Below are positions 1-9,309 of a stretch of DNA of 64,000 bases, piece after piece. Within the stretch, counting starts at the first letter, position 1. Every line of letters starts with the position of its first letter. A program made the position numbers and the translations under genes. Location: assembly GCA_001784435.1 (NCBI GenBank), contig MFQZ01000001.1, positions 220,742 through 284,741 on the forward strand, in the 5' to 3' direction. The notes under the pieces are model-generated. The model made no database searches. It was not told where the DNA came from and worked only from the letters and a program-made list of their open reading frames with translations. This stretch comes from Candidatus Magasanikbacteria bacterium RIFOXYC2_FULL_42_28. Lineage in GTDB: Bacteria; Patescibacteriota; Patescibacteriia; Magasanikbacterales; GWA2-37-8.

Positions 1-337
1 CAATTGATGGATATGGAATTTCAACGCTTTTCACCATCGTATAGTAACTCCAGGCCCATTGGCCAAATACTTCAGCCAAAAGCCCGAGAGATAGGAAAAT
101 TATTCCTCTCCCCATAACACTACGGTGCTTTCCCCACCTCTTAGAAATCCAAAAAATGCCATACAAGCCACCAATTAAAGAAATCAACGGGTAAAGTGCT
201 CCATATAAATTATTATAGTCGCCTTCTATCAAATTATTAGTTAAAATCCAAATCCAAAAAAATACCAACATCGTATATATGGCAATGATAACTCGGACGA
301 CGTTATTTTGTAATAATTGTTTTAAATTTGCAAACAT
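1..337 (-). CDS. Multi-pass membrane protein, runs off the left window edge; paralog of 1842..2726
   Basis: Not in the ORF track. Translated by hand from ATG at 337: MFANLKQLL...FLSLGLLAEVFGQWAWSYYTMVKSVEIPYPSI. Shares GLL-E-FGQ and EIPYPSI with the 294-aa ORF. Confidence 0.8.
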   Translation of the reverse strand, partial: MFANLKQLLQNNVVRVIIAIYTMLVFFWIWILTNNLIEGDYNNLYGALYPLISLIGGLYGIFWISKRWGKHRSVMGRGIIFLSLGLLAEVFGQWAWSYYTMVKSVEIPYPSI

Positions 338-360
338 AATAATAAATTATACCACATTAC

Positions 361-957
361 TTATGACTTAATTTTATACCAATCTTTATTTTTTGTAAAG
401 TGTACCCACAAAAGCAGCCCAGCCACACTCCCCTCGGCGAGCAGTATGTATAAAGGATAAATAACAATGTGAAATTGCCACTGTTCAATAGCTAACAAAT
501 TAATTATACCACCTAAAGTAAAAATACACCATGTTGGCAGATCCTCCGTCCAAGGTTCCTGGAAAGATTTTTTTATAGTTGGCAAAAAGGCAATAAAATC
601 GGCCAATAAATTAAAGACCAGGCCAATAACCGGAGAATCATACAGTTGCCACAGTGCTATTGCAATTGCGGAAAATACCAAATACTTAAAATCGCCTTTC
701 CCTTTCCACCCTTCTCCAAACTTAATGGCAAGAATAAAAACTACCAATGGACCAACCACATTGGCTAAAGCAACGCCGAGGGTCGCTTGAGCGCCGGCAT
801 CTCTGTAGACAATAAAAGTAATCGCGCCTATTAAAAATAGTACCAGCCAAGTGGTGCGATTTGGTTTCGTCCTATTCCTAAAAATACTCACAATGTAAGG
901 GACATAAGCAATAACTGTAAACGCCATTGCTATTTCCCCCATTAGCGCGTGATTCAT
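361..957 (-). CDS. Integral membrane protein (about 7 hydrophobic segments, PQ-loop-like two-repeat layout)
   Basis: 198-aa hydrophobic ORF with two P-x-I/T...K/R-x-P...TW units, co-oriented with its neighbours. Confidence 0.65.
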   Translation of the reverse strand: MNHALMGEIAMAFTVIAYVPYIVSIFRNRTKPNRTTWLVLFLIGAITFIVYRDAGAQATLGVALANVVGPLVVFILAIKFGEGWKGKGDFKYLVFSAIAIALWQLYDSPVIGLVFNLLADFIAFLPTIKKSFQEPWTEDLPTWCIFTLGGIINLLAIEQWQFHIVIYPLYILLAEGSVAGLLLWVHFTKNKDWYKIKS

Positions 958-968
958 ATAAATATAGG

Positions 969-1811
969 CTATTCAACTCTGTCGACCTTAAAATGATTGT
1001 AGCCGCCACCAAAAATATAACCAACTTTAATATTCACAACATCGCCAACTTCGACAGTAAATTCTTTAATTGGGATAAGCATTGGGGCGTTTAATGCTTC
1101 CGTATCTTTTACAGAAATGCCATCGGCTAAAAATGTCTCGCTGGTTAAATAAACACTGTTAACTATGCCGCCCTTTTTTACTTTAAAAGAAATTAAACCG
1201 GTAAATACCTCTTCAATCTTATTATTAAACATCACGGAATTCAATAGCGTCGGTTCTGTAATTTTTTTCACTTTTAAATTGCTCCAATCATGCCATTTCC
1301 AAAGGTGTGATACCATCGGAAATTTTAATCCATAAACGGTAAAATCCGTATTGGTGAGAGTGATATGTGTATCCTGTTTATAGGGCAAAAAAGTGGTTGC
1401 TTGACCGACTACTCCTTGGTTGTGAATATTGTTGATTGCCTGGACTTGATACTCTTCTACCATCCCAGTAGTCAGCATCTCCGCAATAACCACATCAAAT
1501 TTTGTCTTTACCGGAAAAACACATTTCTTGGCGTCCTCAGTAACAAGTGAAATAACATCTGCAAATTTATTTAGGGCTATAGCGTTACGCGCTATCTGGG
1601 CTATGAATTTATCAAATTCAACTGCCACTACTTTTTTTGCTCCGGCCTGTGCCGCTAAGATAGCCATAATACCAGAGCCAGTACCCACATCAAAAACAAC
1701 GTCTGTTTTTTTGACAATTTTGTTTATGGCTTTCTTAAATAACCTTGTCCGCTCTTCATCAACTAAACATTGACCGACGAAATCAATAGAACTAAACAAA
1801 TTATCCGACAT
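969..1811 (-). CDS. Class I SAM-dependent methyltransferase, PRMT-like
   Basis: Motifs VFDVGTGSG, AGAKKVVAVE and FDVVIAEMLTTGMVEE; beta-rich C-terminal half. Confidence 0.8.
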   Translation of the reverse strand: MSDNLFSSIDFVGQCLVDEERTRLFKKAINKIVKKTDVVFDVGTGSGIMAILAAQAGAKKVVAVEFDKFIAQIARNAIALNKFADVISLVTEDAKKCVFPVKTKFDVVIAEMLTTGMVEEYQVQAINNIHNQGVVGQATTFLPYKQDTHITLTNTDFTVYGLKFPMVSHLWKWHDWSNLKVKKITEPTLLNSVMFNNKIEEVFTGLISFKVKKGGIVNSVYLTSETFLADGISVKDTEALNAPMLIPIKEFTVEVGDVVNIKVGYIFGGGYNHFKVDRVE

Positions 1812-1841
1812 AAATATTATAAATAAAAATTAATTAATATT

Positions 1842-2726
1842 CTAAACTTCCACCGACCGTTGTTTTAAAAACCCACTATGATTAAAAAATGGCTTTGTCT
1901 CTCCGTCAATTCCGACAACCGCGCGCGTATCCTCAAAAACGGAACGTAATCTAATTACTCCCAAAATCATTAAAAAGTAAGCAACAAGATATAAGGCGTC
2001 ACCTATCCCGGCCCACTGCCAGGTGTTTTGATAAAATTGAATAGAGAATAAATAATCCGATAGATATTGAACCACCAAAGCCCAAGAAATAATCCGAATG
2101 GAAGAACCAAAAATCCCAGCCATCAGCTCCGGCGAAGAGAAATTAAGCATAAACACAAGCGCCAAATACAAAGCACCAACCAACAAATATCCGATCTCTA
2201 ACAACAACTCAAACCGTGATGATTGTAGCGCGCCGTATCCGTTACCATACAGCCAACTAATCGACGCCAGAGACAAAACCGCAAAAAAGACCAACAGGGC
2301 ATTTAACTCAAATTTTGTGGCATGAGAAAGTTTTCGGACAATTTTCCATAAATAAATAATACCAGCCGCATAAAATACCGGTCCAAAAAAATATCCGACA
2401 TCGCCAATTGAAGGATAGGGTATTTCTGGCCCAAAAATATGCAGGTACGCGGAATACATAATTTGACCGAAAGTTTCCAACAATAAACCAACCGAAAAAA
2501 ACAAGATAGGCCGTCCAAATAAACTTTTGACGCCGCCACAGGCGCGCACGTTAATCAAGCCAAAAACCCCACCTATTAACGCGACAATTCCGTAAGTATC
2601 ACTCCAAAAATCCCGCAAAAAAATCACATCTGCAAAAAATAAGTGAACTAAGAGCCAACTCACAGCCCACACTACAAAAAATAACATGATAATTTGTTTT
2701 TGCCTGACAACACCCATATTTAACAA
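1842..2726 (-). CDS. Multi-pass membrane protein, possibly a stand-alone sensor domain
   Basis: About 8 hydrophobic segments, PYPSIGD motif, paralog at 1..337. Confidence 0.7.
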   Translation of the reverse strand: MLNMGVVRQKQIIMLFFVVWAVSWLLVHLFFADVIFLRDFWSDTYGIVALIGGVFGLINVRACGGVKSLFGRPILFFSVGLLLETFGQIMYSAYLHIFGPEIPYPSIGDVGYFFGPVFYAAGIIYLWKIVRKLSHATKFELNALLVFFAVLSLASISWLYGNGYGALQSSRFELLLEIGYLLVGALYLALVFMLNFSSPELMAGIFGSSIRIISWALVVQYLSDYLFSIQFYQNTWQWAGIGDALYLVAYFLMILGVIRLRSVFEDTRAVVGIDGETKPFFNHSGFLKQRSVEV

Positions 2727-2813
2727 AAATACTTTAAATAATGCCTTAAATTAAGGGTAATTTTACTATACCACATTTTTGGCGATTTGGCTATAAAAAC
2801 TAATGGGCAAAAG

Positions 2814-4613
2814 TTACATCTCCCCAACCACTTCAATCCCCAAAATATCCAAAGATTTTGTCAAAACCGTCCGAACGGCGCCGGACAATTGCACCCGCGC
2901 GGAAATTAATTCTTTGCTTTCGGCTTGTAGGACACTATGTTTATTGTAAAATTCATTATATGCTTGCGCTAAATCAAAAGTGTATTTAATAACGACGGAT
3001 GGATTATAATTATTGTACGCCTTTTGGATTATTTCGCCGTATTGTGATAGCAGTAATAACAATTTTTTTTCTTCGGGCGAAGTGAGTGGGACAGAGATCC
3101 CGATTTTCATCGGGATGACAGTTCGGTGAGAGGATTTTTTGATAATACTGTTGATGCGGGCGACCGTATACAAAACATACGGACCGGTAAAACCGTCAAA
3201 ACTTGCGGCCGTGGCCGGATCAAAAACAATCACTTTTTCCGCTTCGTGTTTTAAAATTTCAAATTTTATGGCCGCTTGAGTAATGGTATGCGCGGTGGTG
3301 GCGATTTTCTTTTTAGACCAATCAGTGTGACGCTTGGCGGTTTCGCTCAATAATTTTTCATAAACTTCATCGCGTAAATCTTCGTACAGTAAAACATTGC
3401 CCAAACGCGAAGACATCTTGCCAGAAGTTGTACTCACGAGCCCATAACCAATATGTTTAGTTTGGTAATTAAATCCGGCTAATTCTAAAATTTTGAATAA
3501 TTGTTTAAAATAAAAATTCTGCTCGATGCCAGTTAGGTGAACGCTTTGAAAAATTTTCGGAAATGTTTTATTGCGCAATTGCGCGAGGCCAAGATCGCTT
3601 GTTAAATACAATCCTAAACCATTGCTTTTACGCAATAATCCAATATCCAAATTATATTTATTTAGATCCACAATAATCGCTCCACCCTCGCCCACTTGTG
3701 CCACGCCTTTTTTCAATAATTCATCCACTAATTTTTGGCCGGCCTCTTTGACCTCATGTTCATACAAAACTGTTTTGTGTCGCACTCCCAATTCTTTAAA
3801 AATTATATTGAAACCGGCGATGCTCCACTGGCGCGTGGTTTTATACAACGGCCAAATGGTTTTATCGTGTTTTTCAATTTTATTTTGTATGATCGCGATT
3901 TCGTCTTTGGCTTCCGGATGTTCCGCTAAATAGATGCTCGCTTCCGTATAAATAGCCCCGAGCCAACGCTGTTTGTTGGCCGGCGGTTTTTCATTTTTAT
4001 GGAATTTTAATAAACCCCACAAACATTTGGCCACATGCGCGCCAAAATCATTAAGGTAGTTGATGGGGATAATATTAAAACCATTGGCCTCAAAAATTTT
4101 AATCAGGGAATTTCCCAAACAGATATTGCGTAAATGACCAACATGAATTTCTTTGTGGGTATTGTTGGCCGGATATTCCACGAGAATTTTTTTGCCTTTG
4201 CCGAAATTGTTTGTGCCATATTTTTTATTCGCAACCGCTGGGATAATTTCTGACGCGAGCGCGCCGGTGTTTAGGAAAAAATTGACATAAGGGCCAAAGG
4301 CGGCGACACGGCCAACAATTCGATTGTCATCCCGAGCGTTTTTTACTGTCATTCCGAGCGAGCCCTTAAGGGGCGACGAGGAATCTCCACCGGACGAATT
4401 GAACGCTGACAGAGATTTCTCACCCTTCGGGTTCGAAATGACAATGGCGAGCTGTTTAGCTATTTCAACCGGATTCATTTTTAATTCTTTGGCCAAATTA
4501 AAACACGCAAACGCCAAATCCCCCATCTCCGGTTTGGGCGGGGTGGTTAAATCAATTTCGCCGGTAACCCCGGCAACGCGTAAAATTTTTATGATTTCGG
4601 ATTTGATGTCCAT
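2814..4613 (-). CDS. argS: Arginine--tRNA ligase with two in-frame repeat insertions
   Basis: HVGHLRN (HIGH), KMSSR, GPYVLY and the DALR anticodon-binding domain. Confidence 0.97.
   Translation of the reverse strand: MDIKSEIIKILRVAGVTGEIDLTTPPKPEMGDLAFACFNLAKELKMNPVEIAKQLAIVISNPKGEKSLSAFNSSGGDSSSPLKGSLGMTVKNARDDNRIVGRVAAFGPYVNFFLNTGALASEIIPAVANKKYGTNNFGKGKKILVEYPANNTHKEIHVGHLRNICLGNSLIKIFEANGFNIIPINYLNDFGAHVAKCLWGLLKFHKNEKPPANKQRWLGAIYTEASIYLAEHPEAKDEIAIIQNKIEKHDKTIWPLYKTTRQWSIAGFNIIFKELGVRHKTVLYEHEVKEAGQKLVDELLKKGVAQVGEGGAIIVDLNKYNLDIGLLRKSNGLGLYLTSDLGLAQLRNKTFPKIFQSVHLTGIEQNFYFKQLFKILELAGFNYQTKHIGYGLVSTTSGKMSSRLGNVLLYEDLRDEVYEKLLSETAKRHTDWSKKKIATTAHTITQAAIKFEILKHEAEKVIVFDPATAASFDGFTGPYVLYTVARINSIIKKSSHRTVIPMKIGISVPLTSPEEKKLLLLLSQYGEIIQKAYNNYNPSVVIKYTFDLAQAYNEFYNKHSVLQAESKELISARVQLSGAVRTVLTKSLDILGIEVVGEM
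3090..3120 (-). repeat. Family A palindromic element, in frame in argS (VIPMKIGISV)
   Basis: GACAGAGATCCCGATTTTCATCGGGATGACA; identical 31-mer at 25648-25678 and, reverse-complemented, at 45602-45632. Confidence 0.95.
4325..4443. repeat. Family A inverted doublet (4347-4443) plus a partial third copy, in frame in the argS N-terminal domain
   Basis: TGTCATTCCGAGCGAGCCCTTAAGGGGCGACGAGGAATCTCC...GAGATTTCTCACCCTTCGGGTTCGAAATGACA; encodes VISNPKGEKSLS...DSSSPLKGSLGMTVKNARDD. Confidence 0.93.
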
Positions 4614-4617
4614 ACTA

Positions 4618-4650
4618 TTGACTTATATATTGTATATGGTATTATATAAT
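4618..4650 (+). promoter_or_regulatory. Putative sigma70 promoter facing the 3' end of the NYN gene
   Basis: TTGACT (4618-4623), 16-nt spacer, TG-extended TATTAT (4640-4645); TATAAT also at 4645-4650. Confidence 0.5.
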
Positions 4651-4708
4651 TATCACTATGTTAAAGACCCCTATACGGTTCCGTCCGTATCGGGGGCTTT
4701 TTCTTTTT
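4651..4708 (+). ncRNA. Candidate small hairpin RNA convergent with NYN gene 1
   Basis: Stem AAAG-A-CCCCT-ATACGG / CCGTAT-C-GGGGG-CTTT with a U-tract on the + strand; no + strand gene upstream. Confidence 0.45.
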
Positions 4709-5195
4709 AGGGGTAATTTAACCTATTTTTTTGAGCATCTAAATATACCAACGGAATATTTAATTTTCTAAGTAAAAATGAACATTTATTGCTGGGTGCT
4801 ATTAGTGAACGAAAAACATTTTTTTCTTTAAAAAATTTCACTAACCCGGCGTAATCACCATCACTAGTTACCAGAACCGCTTGATTAAATTGTTTTTCAA
4901 AATAATCAACTACTGCTTTTAATACTAAATCAGCATCGCAATTTCCTTTAACTTTTCCTTCACTGTTACAAGTTGTTTCCTTAAAAACCAATGTGAAGCC
5001 GGCTTCTTGTAAAAAAGTATAAAGATCTTTATTTTTTGGCACTAAACCAATAAAAAGGTAAGCGCGCTCCACTGAATATTTTTCTTTAAGCCAAATTCTA
5101 AAACGTTTATAATCTAACCTCCACCCTAAATCAGCTACACCTTTGTGAAGATTGGCGCCATCAATATAAGCAAAATTATTCTCTTTCTTTATCAT
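4707..5195 (-). CDS. NYN domain (LabA/DUF88, PIN-like) putative ribonuclease
   Basis: AYIDGANL, KGNCDADL and SDGDY acidic motifs; start overlaps the tyrS stop (ATGA). Confidence 0.9.
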   Translation of the reverse strand: MIKKENNFAYIDGANLHKGVADLGWRLDYKRFRIWLKEKYSVERAYLFIGLVPKNKDLYTFLQEAGFTLVFKETTCNSEGKVKGNCDADLVLKAVVDYFEKQFNQAVLVTSDGDYAGLVKFFKEKNVFRSLIAPSNKCSFLLRKLNIPLVYLDAQKNRLNYP

Positions 5196-6382
5196 AATAC
5201 TCGCACAAAATGACGACTGCCTTTTTGTATTATATCGCCGGCCTTTACTTTGGCGGAATAATCTTTGGCCTCAACTTTTTTGTCATTAATTTTCACACCA
5301 CCCTGATCAACCGCACGACGCGCCTCGCCTTTACTCGCGCAAATTTTTGCTTCAACTAAAACTTCCACCACTTCATACTTGGCAGGTTTTAATTCAGGCA
5401 TTTCGTCTGGTGTTTGTTTTTTACTGAATGTAGAAATAAAGTATTCTTGCGCGCTTACCGCGTCTTTTTCATTGTGATAAAATTTTACTAATTCAAAAGC
5501 TAATTTTATTTTATAATCGCGCGGATTGGCGCCCGATTTTAATTTTTGTTCAAATTCTTTTATTTCTGGAAGTGGCAACCGTGTCGTTAAAGTAAAATAT
5601 TTAATTATTAACTCATCACTAATTGACATCACCTTACCAAACATATCATTGGGAACGGCCATTAAATCAATGGTATTGCCCCAGCTGGAGCTCATTTTAC
5701 GGCCATCGGTTCCTTCTAAAAGCGGACCGACTAAAATATCTTGTGGCTCTTGTTTGTAAAATTTTTGCAATGTCCGGCCGGCCAGTAAATTAAACCACTG
5801 GTCAGTTCCGCCCAATTCCACATCAGCGCGAACGGCCACGGAATCATAGCCCTGCATCAAGGGATACAACAACTCCCGGAGCGACACCCTGGTGCCGGCA
5901 TCAAGACGTTTTTTAATATTGTCGCGCGCGATAAATTCGGCCAACGAAAATTGGTCGGCCTGTGAACCAATCTCATGATAATTTAATTTACCAAGCCATT
6001 CGCTATTGTGACAAAATTCACATTTATCAATATCAATAACTTTCGCGGCTTGTCCTAAATATCCGGCCATGTTGGATTTTATTTTTTCCGCTTCCAGCAT
6101 CGGACGTTCGCTGGTTTTATCAGAAGTATCGCCAATTACGCCGGTAAAATCACCAACAATAAAAACAACTTGGTGCCCCAACTCTTGGAAATCACGCAAT
6201 TTTAAAAGTGGAATAGAGCGACCGATATGAATGTTTGGACTAGTTGGGTCAATCCCCAATTTTACGCGCAACTGACGACCGGATTTTAATTTCTTTTCCA
6301 AATTATCGCGGTCAACGATTTGATCCACTCCGCGTGTTAAAAGTTCTTCAATTTTTTGAGGGTCGGTGTTAATTTTTGGCAT
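5192..6382 (-). CDS. tyrS: Tyrosine--tRNA ligase
   Basis: GIDPTSPNIHIG, YPLMQGYD, GGTDQWFN, KMSSS and C-terminal S4 domain. Confidence 0.97.
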   Translation of the reverse strand: MPKINTDPQKIEELLTRGVDQIVDRDNLEKKLKSGRQLRVKLGIDPTSPNIHIGRSIPLLKLRDFQELGHQVVFIVGDFTGVIGDTSDKTSERPMLEAEKIKSNMAGYLGQAAKVIDIDKCEFCHNSEWLGKLNYHEIGSQADQFSLAEFIARDNIKKRLDAGTRVSLRELLYPLMQGYDSVAVRADVELGGTDQWFNLLAGRTLQKFYKQEPQDILVGPLLEGTDGRKMSSSWGNTIDLMAVPNDMFGKVMSISDELIIKYFTLTTRLPLPEIKEFEQKLKSGANPRDYKIKLAFELVKFYHNEKDAVSAQEYFISTFSKKQTPDEMPELKPAKYEVVEVLVEAKICASKGEARRAVDQGGVKINDKKVEAKDYSAKVKAGDIIQKGSRHFVRVL

Positions 6383-6383
6383 A

Positions 6384-9119
6384 TTACTTCAAATTACTTA
6401 ATTGCTCTTTTAGTTTAGACAATTTTTGCTCGGTCTCGGCCAATTTTTGGGTTTCTTTTTCAACGACGGCCGGTGGGGCGTTATTGACAAATTCGGCGTT
6501 GGCCAATTTATTTTTCATAACTGTCACAAATTTTTCCGCGGCTTCAACTTCTTTGGTCAAACGCGCGGTTTCTTTTTCAATGTCAACAGCGCCGGATAAA
6601 TCTAAATAAATTTCCATATCACCGCACACCAGCGCCACAGCGTTTTCCGGTTTGACGGCCTTGGTCTCAATGGTTAGTTTTTCTAGACGCGCGAGGCCGG
6701 TGATAATAGCGCTATTTTCGGTTAACAATTTTTCTTTAGCGCCGGCACTGATTATCGCGTCAATTTTTTTGTTTGGTTCAATTTTATTGTCGGCGCGAGC
6801 GGAACGGATGGTGGTGATGATAAGTTGTATGGTATTAAAATCGTTAAGGGATTCCTCCACTACGGTCGGAATGACAAGGTGTGGCCACGATTCTACCATT
6901 AACATTCTATCGATGCCGAACATCTCACTCCAAATTTGTTCAGTAACAAACGGCATAAATGGATGCCACAATTTAAGTAATGTTTGCAAAATATACTGTA
7001 AAATCTCTTCTTTGTCACCCTCTATTTTCGCGATTTCTAAATACCAATCAGCCAATTCACTCCAAGTAAAATCGCGCAATTTTTCACCGGCCGCAGAAAA
7101 TTGAAAATTTTCAATATTCTCGCTTACATCTTTAACGGTAGCATCTAAACGCGACAAAATCCATTTGTCAGCTAATGTCAAATTTTGAATTTTTAATTGT
7201 AATTTTGAATTTTGATTTTTAATTTTTGAATTCGCGATAATAAATCGCGCCATATTCCACAATTTATTTGTAAAATTCCGGAAGCCGGCGATTTTTTCTT
7301 CGGATAATCTAGTGTCATTACCGGGGGTATTTCCAAGTAGTAATGATAAACGTGTAGCATCAGCGCCATACTTAGCAATTGAATCCAACGGATCAATTAC
7401 ATTACCAAGCGACTTACTCATTTTGCGCCCTTGCTCATCGCGCACCAGTCCGTGCATATATACTTTTTCAAACGGAATATCACCCAAAGTATAAGTAGTC
7501 ATGAGTACCATGCGCGCCACCCAGAAAAATAAAATATCATAACCGGTTTCCAACACGGAAGTTGGATGAAAAGTTTGTAAATCAACTGTTTTCTCTGGCC
7601 ATCCCAAAGTAGAAAACGTCCACAAACCCGAAGAAAACCAGGTATCCAACGTGTCAGGATCTTGGTGCAAATCGCCACCATCAGTTTGGTTCCCACAATA
7701 CGGACATACCGCTGGCTCGTCAATACTAACGATGGGATTTTCAGAAACTCCCGGCCCAACTTTTTCGGACACCTCTTGACAGGTGCCGTGGTACCACACC
7801 GGAATCTGATGACCATACCAAATCTGGCGCGAAATACACCAATCGCGCAAATTATCTATCCAGCTAAAATACGTTTTATTAAATCTTTCAGGAATAATTT
7901 CTATCTGCCCACTTGCGACCGCTTCAGACATTAACTTCTTTAAAGTCACTTTTTGACCGGCTTTAATATTTTTCAGTTTTGAATTAACAATTGAAAATTC
8001 TTTATTAACATCAATAAACCACTGCTTAGATGGCAACGGCTCAACCGCTGTACCACAACGATAACAGACGGACAAATTATGTATATAATTTTCATCCACT
8101 CTCTCAAGCAATCCCTTATCTGCTAAAATTTTAACGATCTCTTCCCGACTTGCCTGCGCGTTCTTACCGACAAAATCTCCCGCCGCATCCGTAAAATTGC
8201 CGTCTTCATCAATGATTTGAACAACATCTAAATTGTATTTTTTTGCCAATTCATAATCTTCAAAACTATGCGCCGGAGTAATAGTCATCGCACCCGTACC
8301 AAATTTAGGATCAGAGGCCTGGTCGGCGATAACTTTAGCTATAATTTTGCCACCGATCCAATCCATTTCAAATTTTGTGCCTTGCAATTTTTTGTAACGC
8401 TCATCATCTGGGTGGACGACAATAACCTTATCTAAAAATTTCGTTTCCGGACGCGCCGTGCCAATAATTACCGGACCGTATTTAAAATAATAAAATTTTG
8501 TTTTTTGTTCCTTGTATTCCACCTCATCATCCGCCAAAGTGGAGTGGCACCTCGGGCACCAATTTACAATTCTGTATCCACGATAAATCAAACCGTCGTC
8601 ATACATTTTTTTAAAAACCGTGCGCACTGCTAAATTTCGCGGTTCGTCCAAAGTAAACGCCTCACGACTCCAATCTAACGACGAACCCATTTTTTTACAT
8701 TGATTTACAATCGTATCGTGCGACGCCTGCGCAAATTTATTAACTTCGTCTAAAAATTTTTCACGCCCTAATTCTTTTTTTGGATCCTTAATTCCTTTTT
8801 CAATCAATAATTTTTCTACTTTTGTTTGAGTCGCGATTGCCGCGTGATCCGTCCCAGGCAACCACAAAGTTTTATCACCTTTCATGCGATGATATCGAAT
8901 CATCAAATCCTCTATTGCAAGCATCATGGCATGACCAATGTGAAGTGTGCCAGTTACATTTGGCGGGGGTAAAACTATTGTAAACGGTTTGGCATTTGCA
9001 TCTGTTCCACCTTTCTCAACACATACATCCGGATTAAAAAATCCGCTCTCTTCCCAGCGTTTATAAATCGCATCCTCGTAATTTTGGGGCTCGTAGGCCT
9101 TGGGTAGTTCTTTATTCAT
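6384..9119 (-). CDS. valS: Valine--tRNA ligase with in-frame repeat insertions
   Basis: PPPNVTGTLHIGHA, DWCISRQ, KMSKS and C-terminal coiled coil. Confidence 0.97.
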   Translation of the reverse strand: MNKELPKAYEPQNYEDAIYKRWEESGFFNPDVCVEKGGTDANAKPFTIVLPPPNVTGTLHIGHAMMLAIEDLMIRYHRMKGDKTLWLPGTDHAAIATQTKVEKLLIEKGIKDPKKELGREKFLDEVNKFAQASHDTIVNQCKKMGSSLDWSREAFTLDEPRNLAVRTVFKKMYDDGLIYRGYRIVNWCPRCHSTLADDEVEYKEQKTKFYYFKYGPVIIGTARPETKFLDKVIVVHPDDERYKKLQGTKFEMDWIGGKIIAKVIADQASDPKFGTGAMTITPAHSFEDYELAKKYNLDVVQIIDEDGNFTDAAGDFVGKNAQASREEIVKILADKGLLERVDENYIHNLSVCYRCGTAVEPLPSKQWFIDVNKEFSIVNSKLKNIKAGQKVTLKKLMSEAVASGQIEIIPERFNKTYFSWIDNLRDWCISRQIWYGHQIPVWYHGTCQEVSEKVGPGVSENPIVSIDEPAVCPYCGNQTDGGDLHQDPDTLDTWFSSGLWTFSTLGWPEKTVDLQTFHPTSVLETGYDILFFWVARMVLMTTYTLGDIPFEKVYMHGLVRDEQGRKMSKSLGNVIDPLDSIAKYGADATRLSLLLGNTPGNDTRLSEEKIAGFRNFTNKLWNMARFIIANSKIKNQNSKLQLKIQNLTLADKWILSRLDATVKDVSENIENFQFSAAGEKLRDFTWSELADWYLEIAKIEGDKEEILQYILQTLLKLWHPFMPFVTEQIWSEMFGIDRMLMVESWPHLVIPTVVEESLNDFNTIQLIITTIRSARADNKIEPNKKIDAIISAGAKEKLLTENSAIITGLARLEKLTIETKAVKPENAVALVCGDMEIYLDLSGAVDIEKETARLTKEVEAAEKFVTVMKNKLANAEFVNNAPPAVVEKETQKLAETEQKLSKLKEQLSNLK
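6847..6876 (-). repeat. Family A element, in frame in valS (VIPTVVEESL)
   Basis: AGGGATTCCTCCACTACGGTCGGAATGACA. Confidence 0.88.
7181..7233 (-). repeat. Family B heptamer-type tract, in frame in valS (NSKIKNQNSKLQLKIQN)
   Basis: Degenerate (ATTTTGA)n units resembling the intergenic tract at 55318-55352. Confidence 0.75.
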
Positions 9120-9266
9120 AGTATTATTAGTGCTGATATTTTATACCAAAACTAAGAAAAAGGCAAGAAAATGGCTTAATTTTGACAAATTTGCCCCAAA
9201 AATGGCTTACATACTATTGACAAATATTGGAATAATTGGTAAGATTACCCGTTATTTCACACTGAA

Positions 9267-9298
9267 AGATTGCCGCGCCCTTTGGGCTCGCAATGACA
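9267..9298 (-). repeat. Family A element (GCAAT subtype) just upstream of the DHH-family gene
   Basis: AGATTGCCGCGCCCTTTGGGCTCGCAATGACA, matching the arm at 61979-62006. Confidence 0.85.
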
Positions 9299-9309
9299 TT
9301 AACACCGAT

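Noticed and set aside
4325-4443. In-frame inserts as inteins or self-splicing introns
   Set aside because: They are only 10-40 aa, lack Cys/Ser...His-Asn ends and any group I/II core, and also occur between genes.
7975-8000. Possible extra heptamer insert in valS (FSIVNS)
   Set aside because: Only about 3 degenerate units; cannot be told apart from AT-rich coding background.
9100-9309. N-terminal extension of the DHH ORF in the track
   Set aside because: It overlaps the valS start, spans the divergent promoter region and includes a repeat; ATG 9310 fits better.
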